This document shows positions 15,389 to 28,911 of a DNA stretch of 64,000 nucleotides, one piece after another. Every line of letters begins with the position of its first letter. The stretch's first letter is position 1. The position numbers and the translations under genes are program-made. A model generated the notes under the pieces. It did not search any database. It was not told the origin of the DNA and saw nothing but the letters and a program-made list of their open reading frames with translations. The stretch comes from Eledone cirrhosa (lineage: Eukaryota): positions 51,708,001 through 51,772,000 of the forward strand of contig OZ024747.1 of the NCBI GenBank assembly GCA_964016885.1, read 5' to 3'.

Positions 15389-15576
15389 AATTGTTTCTAC
15401 TTTAGGCACAAGGCCAGCAATTACCCAGTGCATTACTGGTACTTTATTTTATCGACCCCGTAAGGATGAAAGGCAAAGTCAACCTCGGCGGGATTTGAAC
15501 TCAGATCGTAAAGGGACGTAACTATGCTGGAAAGCATGGCGTCCGACCCTCTACCGATACTGCCAATCCACCGCCC
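15389..15576 (-). mobile_element. SINE, full length
   Basis: Family consensus match. Confidence 0.9.
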
Positions 15577-15640
15577 TTAATAATAATAAAATATATATAT
15601 ATATAATAAAATATATATATAATAAAATTATATATATAAT

Positions 15641-15711
<71 letters not shown>

Positions 15712-15713
<2 letters not shown>

Positions 15714-17045
15714 CAAAATATTAATAAATGAATACGTTCACATAATCAAAATATGTTTTATTATATATATTTCGGAGGTACTGTGCTGTTTTTTTCAGTA
15801 CGCCCTCATCAGATGAAATATATGAATTGATGCATGACATACCTCAACTGTCGTGATGTTTCAATTCCAGTCTTGGTAGTGATTTATTACAACAAATCTC
15901 AATATTTATATACACAAATAATTGTTTCTACTTTAGGCACAAGGCCAGCAATTACCCAGTGCATTACTGGGACTTTATTTTATCGACCCCGTAAGGATGA
16001 AAGGCAAAGTCAACCTCAGCGGGATTTGAACTCATATCGTTAAGGGACGTAACTATGCTGGAAAGCATGGCATCCGACCCTCTACCGATACTGCCAATCC
16101 ACTCCCTTTATATACACAAATAATAACAGATAAACTTAAATATGATGAAGAAGAGGATGTGGAGCAAGATGTAGGTAAAAGGAGTGGGTGAGTATGAAAA
16201 ATTGTAAGAAGAGAAAGAGAGAGAGAGAGATACATAGAAGAGAAGAAAGAAAAAGATAGAAAAAAAATAAGATAAGATAGAAGGAGGAGAGAGAGAGAGA
16301 AAGGAGAAGACGTAACCGCAAAAAGGAAAGAATGAAAGAAAGAAAGAAAGAAGAGAGGGACATGATGCATGACCGTTGTTTTTAAATATTAAGTGAAACA
16401 GAAACAACCAATTAAATTCCGTGAAATTTTTAATATCTTTTGTATTTGTTTACCTTTGAGTTAATTATACTAATGTATTATATCAAAATTAAACAATATA
16501 AAAATATTTTCTATAGTAATCAGAAGCATAGTTCAATTAATAAATATATTCAATATTTTGTTGCAAAATTCAAAAATCAAAATTATTTTTACCTATCAAA
16601 CGAGTTTACACACATAATAAATATGTATAAGGATATTTACCACAACATATTCACATATCACCATCAGTATATCCATTTTATATAATGTTTAGAATTATTT
16701 TTCAGAATTATTCATTTTACAATATAAACAATTGTCATTTACTTATAGGATTAATAAGTAGTTTTATTTACTCTTGAAAGTATTATTATTTCGATTTTAA
16801 TTTCGTAACTATATGGTATGTCGTGCATCAATTCATATATTTCATCTGATGAGGGCGTACAGAAAAAAACAGCACACTACCTGCGAAATATATATAATAA
16901 AACATATATTTTGATTATGTGACCGTATTCATTTATTAATATTTTGAATACTAGTACTAACTCCAGAAAACTTCCTTGTAGAGTGCTTTTAATCTATTGT
17001 AAAACTATATTCATTGAGTAATCAATGAATCATATTGATCTTTCG

Positions 17046-17046
<1 letters not shown>
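15712..17046 (+). mobile_element. Truncated, inverted relative of the PLE 3' end, with hammerheads at 15751-15823 (-) and 16835-16906 (+)
   Basis: 15713-15843 is inverted at 16815-16945. The tail 16950-17046 matches PLE tail 43205-43303. Core reads TTTCAT-CTGATGA-GGGCGTAC...-GAAA-TATATA-TA-ATAAAA. Confidence 0.85.
15920..16106 (-). mobile_element. SINE inserted into the PLE derivative, with target-site duplication
   Basis: TTTATATACACAAATAAT occurs at both 15905-15922 and 16107-16124. Confidence 0.9.
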
Positions 17047-17104
<58 letters not shown>

Positions 17105-17129
17105 GCTACAATGTACAGAGCGAAAAACA

Positions 17130-17410
17130 TGGCACAATTTTGTCCCATTGACGTAGGGGCTGGGTCATTACCGTATCCTCCATTTAATAGACAACGTTGC
17201 CGTTATATTGGAGGTTCCACATTTCTTCGGGAGCTGAGTGGTATGTTCTTTGCCAGGATGTCTGATGGTCATTTTGTGGTTCAGGAAACAGCTTTTGAAC
17301 CGGCTCTCTGACATTTCTACATTCGGCCAGGCATTGGTTTTGTGGTTCTGGTTTCTGGATGTGACTTCTGCGTCATATATAAGCGCTGGAAAGTACTGCC
17401 TCCTTTTCTA
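17130..17410 (-). pseudogene. Decayed GIY-YIG endonuclease fragment of a different PLE family
   Basis: Translates to ALIYDAEVT...EMSESRFKSCFLNHKMTIRHPGKEHTTQL...IKWRI...PYVNGTKLC, collinear with the endonuclease at 41570-41880. Confidence 0.7.
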
Positions 17411-18088
17411 ATCAGCGCCATTCGACTACTAATGTTATGTTAGTGTATATAAATGTGTATATAAATGTATATACGCAGAAATTCAGATACGTATTTGTAC
17501 GTCTCCATACGTTGGTCAGTTCACGCGCGCAGGCTCACACTCAGCTCCACATTCTCACAACAACGAACCTGTCACGGTCCAATGCTTATCCTTCAAACCT
17601 CTACACAAACAAACGAACAAACCTGCATTACATACACACACACGTACAAATACACACAGGCACGCACACACATGTACACACGCAGACACGCAGGCACGCA
17701 TGCACACGCACACACTCACGCACGCACACACGTGTACACACACACATGCATGCACACACATGTACACACACAGGCACGCATACACATGTTCAACCCAAAC
17801 ATACAATGATTAACACTCTTCCTAAACCTCTCTAATACCTACGATATCCAATGAGCAACATCTCTCTAAGATGGCTGACTTAATACGCATGCGTGTTTTT
17901 TTCTCAATTCTCTTTTTCGTTCCTTCCTCTTCTCCCTATCTCTCTATCTATCTCATCTGTTATAGTGTCCGAAACTAAAATACTCTTTTTCTATTATTTC
18001 AAGCGTTAAACTAATATATTACTTCATTGTACTGTGTCGTTTACTTGGTTATTTCTGTATATTTTTTACACCCTGCCCCAACACACGC

Positions 18089-18122
<34 letters not shown>

Positions 18123-18152
18123 TTGTGTGTTTGTGTATGTGTGTGTGTGTGC

Positions 18153-18199
<47 letters not shown>

Positions 18200-18449
18200 T
18201 GTGTGTGTGTGTTTGTACGCTATGTGTGTGTGTGTGTGAGTGAGTGTATGTACGCTATGTGTGTGTGTGTGTGTGTGTGTTTGTACGCTATGTGTGTGTG
18301 TGTGTGAGTGAGTGTATGTATGTGTGTGTGAGTGTATGCGTGTGTGGGTGTGCGTGAATATGTGTGTGTTAGAGTGTATGTGTATGTATGTGTATGTGTG
18401 AGAGTGTATGTGTGTGTCTGTCTGTGTGTGTGCGCGTGTGTGTGTGTGC

Positions 18450-18541
<92 letters not shown>

Positions 18542-18790
18542 GCGTGCGTGTGTGTATGTGCGTGTGTGTGTATTAAGGCCACTTTCAATTAAGTTCACTG
18601 AAGCAGAGAACATTTTTTTGTATTTGAAGACCGTATTGAATTAAGAGTAAAGTAATATGTCCGCATTAAAGAAAATTTTATTAAATATACGTATAAATAT
18701 ATTACAGTTATTGTGAAAATATAATTCGCATGACTTATGTATGTAAACCCATCTTATAAAGTCTGATATAGATGTATGTATATATGTATG

Positions 18791-18849
<59 letters not shown>

Positions 18850-18852
<3 letters not shown>

Positions 18853-19260
18853 GAGGTTATATTTAATTTGTTGGGATACAACAAGCAAAATATTTTTATA
18901 ACTGATATAAAGCACTCAACAAATTATTGGAGTAAAAATACAATATATTAACAAATGGAAACTATATTTATAAAACCATATTTATTTCATTATACATATT
19001 TCAAGGGCCACCAGAGCAAACTATGGTGTGCTTTCATCAGATAAAATATAATATAGGTTAGTTTTATAAATATCCAGGAGATTCCAACCAGAATGGTTGC
19101 ATTTTTTAAGGGTATGTCAATATTTATTTATAAAACTAACCTATATTATATTTTATCTGATGAAAGCGCACCATAGTTTGCTCTGGTGGCCCTTGAAATA
19201 TGTATAATGAAATAAATATGGCTTTATAAATATAGTTTCCATTTGTTAATATATTGTATA
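18850..19260 (-). mobile_element. Tail plus hairpin element with hammerheads at 18983-19048 (-) and 19149-19214 (+)
   Basis: 18938-19068 is inverted at about 19127-19260. TATTTTAT-CTGATGA-AAGCGCACCA...TGGTGGCCCTT-GAAA-TATGTA-TA-ATGAAATA. (TA)n on both sides. Confidence 0.88.
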
Positions 19261-19302
19261 TATATATATATATATATGTTTACGCACACACACACACACA
19301 CA

Positions 19303-19830
<528 letters not shown>

Positions 19831-20125
19831 AGTATTAACTTTGTTTCACGCATTGCAGTAAAATTTCGTCTACAAAATTCTAGAAAGCATGTTTAAAGAA
19901 AGAATCGCAGCAGATGTTACAAGCAAAGCCAATTGATATGGCTCCAAGAGATGGACCACAGGTTAGATGGTTAAATCATTTTCGTAACCTCGTTTGGTCT
20001 CGTTTGGGGACTCAACTGGTTCATCATTTAGAAATAGTTGCTTCCGATAGGTTCCTTTGAAAAGTGAGTCTGAGTTTTTATATAGATACAAGTATATAAC
20101 ACATTATATACATATATTATACATA

Positions 20126-20704
20126 ATTGTTTCTACTTTGGGCACAAGGCCAGCAATTACCCAGTACATTACTGGTACTTTATTTTATCGACACCGAAAG
20201 GATGAAAGGCAAAGTTAACCTTGACGGAATTTTAACTCAGACCGTAAAAGGACGTAACTATGCTGGAAAGCATGGTGTCCAACCCTCTACCAATACTGCC
20301 AATTCACATACTTATTTATGCCCCTTTAACTCTCAGTCCATGTCCCACTGGAAGCGAGAGTTGGTATAAGATTCAACCTTTGTGAATCAATAAAATAAAT
20401 GCCAATCAATCTTAAACATATTTCTCCCTAAAATATGTTTGGTCTCGGTAATGTTAGATACCATTGGTTGTATCAACCAGAGTATGTTGACAAGAAATTG
20501 TGGACAATACAATAATAATTATTTCTACTTAATAGCACAAGGCCAGCAATTACTCAGTACATTACTGGTACTTTATTTTATCAACCCCGTAAGAATGAAA
20601 GGCAAAGTTAACCTCGACGGAATTTGAACTCAGACCGTAAAAGGACGTAACTATGCTGGAAAGCATGGTGTCCAACCCTCTACCAATACTGCCAATTCAC
20701 ATAC
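20126..20704 (-). mobile_element. Two SINE copies bracketing a duplicated unique segment (20308-20516)
   Basis: SINEs at 20126-20305 and 20517-20697. 20308-20615 is near-identical to 13492-13797. Confidence 0.88.
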
Positions 20705-22245
20705 GTATATAAGGCGGTGTTATCTTCCAGACATTTACAGATGGATCCCCGACACTATTTTAAGCGAAAAAGAAAGACTTGCTTGTTTTTGACTTCTGAA
20801 TATTTTCAATATGTTTTCAAGATTGTACCTATCTAAATATTTCATATAGATCTCATAATATCTCTATTTCTATACCTTGCTAATAACACTATTAACTCGT
20901 ATGGCTATAAACATAAATATTACTGGGGAGGCTTTTTTATGGTTTATAATAATAATTTTCAATTTAATGATCATATAAGAATTATATCAATCACGGTTAT
21001 GTATTTAAAAATAGTAAAGATATAATATATAATAAAACCACGTAATATTATCTACCAGAAAGGAAATACAGATAATTTATGAAATATATGTGTGTGTATA
21101 TCTGTGTGTGGGTGACTATCTATGTATATGTGTGACGTTGCGTCTGTGTGTTTGCCTGTGTGTATTACCCCTCTCTGTGTTTGTGATTGTGAATTGGCGT
21201 ATGTGTGCTTACCCGTTTGCGTTTGTGTGTGTATGTGTGTGTATTTGTGTGTATTTGTGTGTATCTGTATGTATGTATGTGCCTGTATGTGTGTGTATGT
21301 GTATATGTGTATGTGTATGTGCGCGAGTGTGTATGTGTGTATGTGTGTATGTGTGTTTGTCTACGGGTATGTGGGAATGTATGCTATTCATTTATTTGGT
21401 GTTAACTTCCTGTGTATTCTATAAGATACTTCATAAAAACCAATGTATCGATTTATCAAAATAACTCTTTTTAATATAACTGAATTTTTACTTATTTTTT
21501 ATGACTTTATAACTATGGGACAGATAATTTTTATGAGTGTTGAATTACAAATGATTGTGCAAGTTAAATAAGAAAGTAAACGTGCGTAGATCGTAATATG
21601 AACGTATGTCACGATGTTTAATTGTTGTAAACATTTATGAGGTTAGTATTTGAATCTGAAAACAAGAATTAAATTTTATTCGCCATAAATATGATCCAGT
21701 AAGAGACGGAATGGTCAGCTCTACTCGCAACGAAACTACCAAAATCTCTCGCTACCTTGTTTGAAATAAATAGGTGCAGCGGACAACACAGACTGACTAA
21801 GAAGTTCGTTTCGCAACCAATAGGTTTCTGGTTAGTTCTTCGTGTATAGCAATGTATGTATGTATATATATATGTCAATGTATTCATATATCTGTATGTA
21901 TGTATGTATGTATGTATGTATGTATGTATGTATGTATGTATGTATGTACGTATATATGTATGTATGTATACATATATATTGTAGTAAAATCAGAGCACAC
22001 AGTTCGTGGGGCTAGGTATGATGTACAGTTAAAATAAATGTTATAGCATGGCTAATGAAACGCAGACATTTGCGTTACGCCATTGAAGTAATTTGCTGAA
22101 CACAAGCCGAAACTACTTGGCGCCGTGGTCGGGGTTTACATACCTTTATACCCACTCTACATCTCCCCTTGCATTGAGTACTCTCATGATTAGTGGTCTC
22201 CCCGCTCTCAGCACCACAGACTCTCTCTCTCTCACTCTCTCTCTC

Positions 22246-22333
<88 letters not shown>

Positions 22334-22470
22334 ATTCTTTCTCACTCCTACTCTGTGTATGTGTATATATATATATATATATAAACGTAATGAAGTTCTA
22401 ACAGATCGACCTTTTTACTATTAATATATATATATATACATATATATATATACACATATATATATATATA

Positions 22471-22870
22471 TAATATGGAAAACGAAGAATCAGTGATGCA
22501 TCGAAACACAATTTATTAACGTATTACAATTGTTTCACCGGTGAACAGCTCGTGGTGCGATCTATTTGTGGATCGAACCTGACTCTGGATTCGCAAGTTT
22601 CTCAGATACGTCTAGCGACTTCGAAGCAAATCCTCTGTCTGCTTCGAAGTGGCTAGGCGTATCTGAGGAACTTGCGAATCCAGAGTCAGGTTCGATCCAC
22701 AAATAGATCGCACCTCAAATTGTTCGCCGGAGAAACTAATACGTTAATAAATTGTGTTCGATGCATCACTGATTCAACGTTTTCCATATTATTATACTCT
22801 GCTCCGGAGGAGCATAGATTGCTCAACCGGCATACCGCCTATAGAAGCATCCAAGCAACCTTACCACGAA
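22471..22870 (+). mobile_element. Hairpin plus tail element with long-stem-II hammerheads (22519-22611 minus, 22657-22744 plus); family C
   Basis: 22471-22628 is inverted at 22640-22791; tail 22792-22870. The minus copy has CTGAGAA...GAAA-CAATTG-TA; the plus copy has CTGAGGA but a deleted stem III. Homolog at 52865-53281. Confidence 0.85.
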
Positions 22871-22877
22871 TATGTAT

Positions 22878-23017
<140 letters not shown>

Positions 23018-23434
23018 CATGTGCGTTTTTCGTGATCACGCATGATGTTGGACTGGCCAGCTTTAGAATTCCCTTTTCGGCATATTAATCTGCGAGAATC
23101 CTGGTTATCGAGTTGAGCTCTGCTGATGATGAGTTCCAACCGTGACCATCTCCGCTGAAAGTTTTCATGAAATAGTCTTACGACTATACAGAGCATTTGA
23201 AGTTTTTCCAAATTGAAGGATAGGTATCTTGAACTTTATTTTATCATGAGTTAAGGCTCTATTGATTTTTTTTCCCTGGATTTCACTAAATTCTGTGGAT
23301 GAATTCATATCCTGATTCTCTTTAAGATGAGTTTAAATTATTTTTCCCACATCTTACGTTAATTATTTTTCCCATTTCACTTATATACTATGGAATGTTG
23401 TTCGCTTTTCGCTGCAGTGTTTTCTATACCTTTC

Positions 23435-23475
<41 letters not shown>

Positions 23476-23721
23476 GTGTGTGTGTGTGTGTGTGTGTCTG
23501 TGTGTGTGTCTGTTGGAAAATGTGTGAGATCCTTGGTACAGTTAGGTATATTTGAAAAAAAGGAAAAGAATGACTTCACTTGTAGTGTTAAAAAATGTGA
23601 TTTAATGTTATAATATTACAATATTATGAGTTGGCAGATACAGTAAGTTCTTTGTTAACTTCGGTGGGAAGAATTTTAGAGATTCCTGGTTAACTTGGGC
23701 TGGAGAACCTTCTCGCATTCG

Positions 23722-23772
<51 letters not shown>

Positions 23773-23788
23773 TAAAATAACAGATTAA

Positions 23789-23839
23789 AGTTTAAGCAAA
23801 GAATCGCTGCTTTCACCCTTAACGGGATCTTCTGAAACT
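23789..23839 (-). ncRNA. Degenerate hammerhead
   Basis: AGTTT-CAGAAGA-TCCC(GTTAA)GGGT-GAAA-GCA...TGC-TT-AAACT; U4 replaced by A. Confidence 0.6.
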
Positions 23840-23968
23840 AAAAAAGTCAATCTGTGAACGCAGATATATATACTTGATATATATTTATCCTTATCGAGCC
23901 CTCTTTGGATTTTAGTCTTCACATTTATTATTATTACTATATATATATATATATACGTATATAGAAAT

Positions 23969-24019
23969 GACTTCCACAAGACTAGAACTGTTTCATTCCA
24001 AGGAAATCATCAGGAAAAC
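23969..24019 (-). ncRNA. Hammerhead family B, copy 3 (cleavage triplet GUG, predicted inactive)
   Basis: TTTC-CTGATGA-TTTCCTTGGAAT-GAAA-CAG...TTG-TG-GAAG. Confidence 0.65.
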
Positions 24020-24036
24020 CCGATTGAACTCGGCGT

Positions 24037-24130
<94 letters not shown>

Positions 24131-24379
24131 GTTTATGTATGTATGTATGTATGTATATTTGTGTCTGTGTGTGTACATATATACATACACACATACCTAG
24201 TACAAATTACTTGTCCCTGCATAGAGACATGGTATAGTGATGACAAGCGTGTGAGGTTGTGTCATTCATGCCTTTCTTGCTGCACGAATCGTGAAATGTC
24301 TTATAAAGAATACTGTAACTGGGTTAAATATCCGATTTATCATAAGTTTACCTTTCCCTAAACTCTCTCTAAACTCCCT

Positions 24380-24429
<50 letters not shown>

Positions 24430-24539
24430 TCTCGCTCGCTCTCGTTTCCTCTCTTTTCATTCTAGCTATCTCTTTTCTCTCTCCCCGTATTTCCTTTTTT
24501 CTTTTCTCTCCCTGGTCTATGTCTCTCTCTCTCTCTCTC

Positions 24540-24582
<43 letters not shown>

Positions 24583-24984
24583 CTTTCTCGTCCCCTCTCA
24601 CTCCTTCCTTTCACTCTTGCTCTCTCATTTCTCTCTCATCTATACCTCTTTCTATCTTTTCTCTCCCCTTCTCTTTCTCTCTCTTTATTTTTTTGTCTCT
24701 CCATCTTCTCCTTTTTTCCAACTCTCTCTATTTCACGTGCTCTCAGTCTCTTTCTTCTACTCCTCCTTTCCATCCCTCTCACCATACCCTCTTCCCTTCC
24801 CCCCATAGTCAGGGTTTTACAACAACAAGAACAATGACAACAACAACAACAAGGATCCTTCTTAAAGCCAAACTTTAAGCTATGTCATACAATATGAACG
24901 ACATGTGCAACGGCAACGGTGATAAAGAGGTGGACATTGATGATACGATAAGGAATCTGGAGAAACGTTGCATTATCATCATCA

Positions 24985-25590
24985 TCACCCCCACCACCAC
25001 CGCCCACACCACCACCACCAACACCATCAACTTCATCACCACCACCATCCCACCATCACCATCTACTACCACCACCAACATGACAATCCCACCATGGTCA
25101 TCACCACCACCACCACCACCACCGCCAGTATCATCACCACCATCCCACCATCACCATCTTATGGTCCTCACCACCACTACCACCACCAACATGACAATCC
25201 CACCATGGTCATCACCACCACCACCACCACCACCGCCAGTATCATCACCACCACCGCCCACACCACCACCACCAACACCATCAACTTCATCACCACCACC
25301 ATCCCACCATCACCATCTACATGGTCCTCACCACCACTACCACCACCAACATGACCATCCCACCATGGTCATCACCACCACCAGCACCACCACCAGCGCC
25401 AGTATCATCACCATCACCGCCCACACCACCACCACCAACACCATCAACTTCATCACCACCACCATCCCACCATCACCATCTACATGGTCCTCACCACCAC
25501 TACCACCACCAACATGACCATCCCACCATGGTCATCACCACCACCAGCACCACCACCAGCGCCAGTATCATCACCATCACCATTACCACT
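24985..25590. repeat. CAC/CAT-rich higher-order tandem repeat (about 4 units of 110-165 bp)
   Basis: CCAACATGAC.ATCCCACCATGGTCATCACC recurs at about 25075, 25186, 25345 and 25509. Confidence 0.85.
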
Positions 25591-25930
25591 AGAGGGAGAG
25601 TGAGTCCTAGGTTAACAGGGACTGCTCCAGAATTATAATCGGAGATTTTTCTGTAGGAATCGGTCAAGTGGAAAAAATTCTTGAATAATTTTATAGAGTG
25701 TGTGAGGGAGGAGTGAATTATGGGAGTGGAGGGCAATAGAGGGAATAAGGCTAAGAAGAGGGAGAAGGAGAAGAAGAAGAAGAAGAAGAAGAAGAAGAAG
25801 AAGAAGAAGAAGAAGAAGATGGTGATGGGTTTGATGGAGATGATGTTGCATTGAAATAAAAAAATAGAAAAGACAGAAAATAAGAAATAAGTGAAGGCTA
25901 AAATATCCATAAATCATATTTTGTGGTTTG

Positions 25931-25991
<61 letters not shown>

Positions 25992-26073
25992 AAGAAACAG
26001 TAGTAGTAGTAGTAGTAGTAGTAGTAGAAGCAGTAGTAGTAGCAAAAGCAGTAGTAGTAGTAGTAGTAGAAGC

Positions 26074-26132
<59 letters not shown>

Positions 26133-26222
26133 CAGCAGTAGCAGTAGTAGTAGTAGTACTGCTAGCAGCAGTACCAGTAGTAGTAGTATTAGTAGTAGTA
26201 GTAGTAGTAGTAGTTGTAGTAG
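25931..26222. repeat. (AGT)n microsatellite
   Basis: Direct inspection. Confidence 0.95.
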
Positions 26223-26707
26223 TTGCTGTTGTTCTTCTTCTTGATGCTATGTTCTAGTTACCAGTTTACAATGCCAAGGTTGATGCTGGCTGAATTCTAA
26301 GTCAAAGTGAAATGCACAGGTATAACTTATTTTCAGACTCACTGTTTGAATACTTTGTCGTATATATACATACAGAGAAGATATGTCCAAGTATATAAAA
26401 TTATGAAGACATTATTAGTGGTGCCACTGTGAACATGTGGTAATGAAACTAAATGGTGTTTCTCTTCCGGTCTTCGCTAGTTTTATTTTCTCTCTTACTA
26501 ATATATTCTGGATCTTTTGCTTTAATGATATTCTATTAGTATAATATTTGCATACGGCATTAAACGCCATAGATTTTGCGGAGTTTCTCGAAATTAGTAT
26601 ACCAAATTTTATATTTTAAAAAGAAGAATATTTCTGTCTAGGAATCGAGTATGATATATATGAATTTATGTGGCAAATTTGGTTGCATCACACTCATACA
26701 TACTCCC

Positions 26708-26831
<124 letters not shown>

Positions 26832-27035
26832 GGTGAGAGAAAGAGAAATTAATATATATATATATATGTGTATATATGTAAGTATAGTTGTGCGTGCATA
26901 TATACAGACGTATGTCTACATATACGTATATATTATATATATATATATGTGTGTGTCTGTGTGTGTGTCTCTGTATGTCTGTGAGTGTGTGTGTGTGTGT
27001 GTCTGTATGTCTGTCTGTGAGTCTGTGTGTCTGTG

Positions 27036-27102
<67 letters not shown>

Positions 27103-27419
27103 ATATTTACATATAGATATGCCTGTGTATGTGCGTGTACGTATGCGAAGGAGAGAGAGTGTGTGTGTTTGTTTGCGTGTGTACGTGCAGAAATTCAATT
27201 TACCACCGAGAAATAATGGAACAACATTTTAAATTATATTTAAAGAATTATCTATTCCCATGAATTCTGGCAATAAATTCTTAATTTCAGACAGAATGTA
27301 AATTAAAGTTTTAAATTAAAAAAGAAATTGAAATATTTATAAAAGCTAAACAATTTTGAATATAAATTAAGATAAATACACCATCACCCACACATTATAT
27401 ATACACTCGCACGCACGCA

Positions 27420-27472
<53 letters not shown>

Positions 27473-27488
27473 ATATATATATATATAA

Positions 27489-27520
<32 letters not shown>

Positions 27521-28256
27521 GTATATGATATCAATATATTCTCTCCTCATTCTTTACTTTCTACATCTCACCATAATGTCTGCAAGACGAGACGAGTCAA
27601 AACCGTTTCACGTGTGCTCCACTATATTCTGTGTTGTAATGAATATTTAATAATTTCTATCAAATTTAATGAAAATTGATTAATTTTACCAATTCCCAAA
27701 GAAATATTAAGGTGTGAGTAGTTACTTCTCTGCCGCATATTGTTTTTTTCTAAGTTTTTGTTGTTGTTTTTCAGCCAGTCTCCTCCTCACAGCGATGTGT
27801 GTAAGATTATTCTATGTAATTAGGACCGCTTTTATATAGATTTTTGTCTACGTTGTTTGGGCTCGTACTACTTTATCAGTAGTCAACATGAAATTTAATA
27901 AAACAATAATATATGGAACGATCATATTATCGTTGTTGTTGTTGTTGTTGTTGTTGTTACTGTTGTTGTTGTTGTTGTTGTTGTTGTTAATGTGTTTGTT
28001 GTTGATAATATTGTTGTTTGTTGCTATTGCTGGTGATGTTGGTGGCGCTATTGTTTGTGGTGGTGGTGGTGGTGGTGGTGGTGGTGGTAGTGGTGATGGT
28101 GTCGACGGCCATATTGCTGGTGGTAGTGGCGATGATGATGATGTTGATGATGATTGATTTTGATGTTTATCTTATATTGTATATTTTTCAAAGTTTTCCA
28201 AATAATGTTGTTGTGGTTGTTCAGAGTCCATGACCTTATATATATATATCCCTCAT

Positions 28257-28380
28257 TATTTTATCGACCTCATGCTTACGGGGTCGATAAAATAAAGTAC
28301 CAGTAATGCACTGGTGTCGATTTAGTTGACTCTCTCCTCTCCGAGAGTTGTTAGCCTTGTGCTTCAATCAGAAACCATCA
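28257..28380 (+). mobile_element. 5'-truncated SINE with a short inverted 5' segment
   Basis: TTATTTTATCGACC precedes its own complement GGTCGATAAAATAA, followed by the SINE tail. Confidence 0.75.
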
Positions 28381-28471
28381 TATTTCCTTCATTGCTAGTT
28401 GATGTTGTTATTGTTGTTATTGTTGTATATTAGTAATATTGTTTTAGTTGTTTTTATAGTTGCTGTTGTTG

Positions 28472-28910
28472 TTTTTTTTGTTTTTTTTTTACGGCAGGCG
28501 CCTGAGGATTACCCTCAGTAGCTCTAGACTGGCGTGGTGTGGGAGACCCACGAGTTCATCCATGCTGGAGCCGAGTTGGTGGTGATAACTATCCACTCAT
28601 TGTCTATGCGCATTGTTTGAGCATGATTGACATTTGATATCGGTTTGGTGTTTGTGTGGATCTTCCCCTGGCATAGGTGGCATTGGAGATTTTGATCACT
28701 TGCTGGCGATATAAGCGTTGGTACGACGGCTGTTCCCCGGCAGACGAAGCTTTGATGACACTTCTGTTGAACTCGAGTCAAGCCGCTACATTCCCTGTGG
28801 AAATCGCGTCGGCAGGTTGTGCAGATGAATAGTGCGAAGTCAATGCGAATCGTCTTGGCACACTCTAATCTGATGGGTCCGGGGTTGATCTCGATGTCGC
28901 CCGCCAGGAT
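28472..28910 (-). mobile_element. Non-LTR retrotransposon fragment: 2A-like StopGo motif, two PHD-like fingers, A-rich tail
   Basis: 28910-28875 encodes ILAGDIEINPGP, continuing in frame to ECAKTIRIDFALFICTTCRRDFHRECSGL...FVC, then CHLCQGKIH (frameshift) IKCQSCSNNAH. The minus strand ends GCCTGCCGT(A)n. Confidence 0.8.
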
Positions 28911-28911
28911 A

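Noticed and set aside
24882-25638. Pro/His/Thr-rich extensin-like ORFs
   Set aside because: CAC-rich repeat with frame changes between units.
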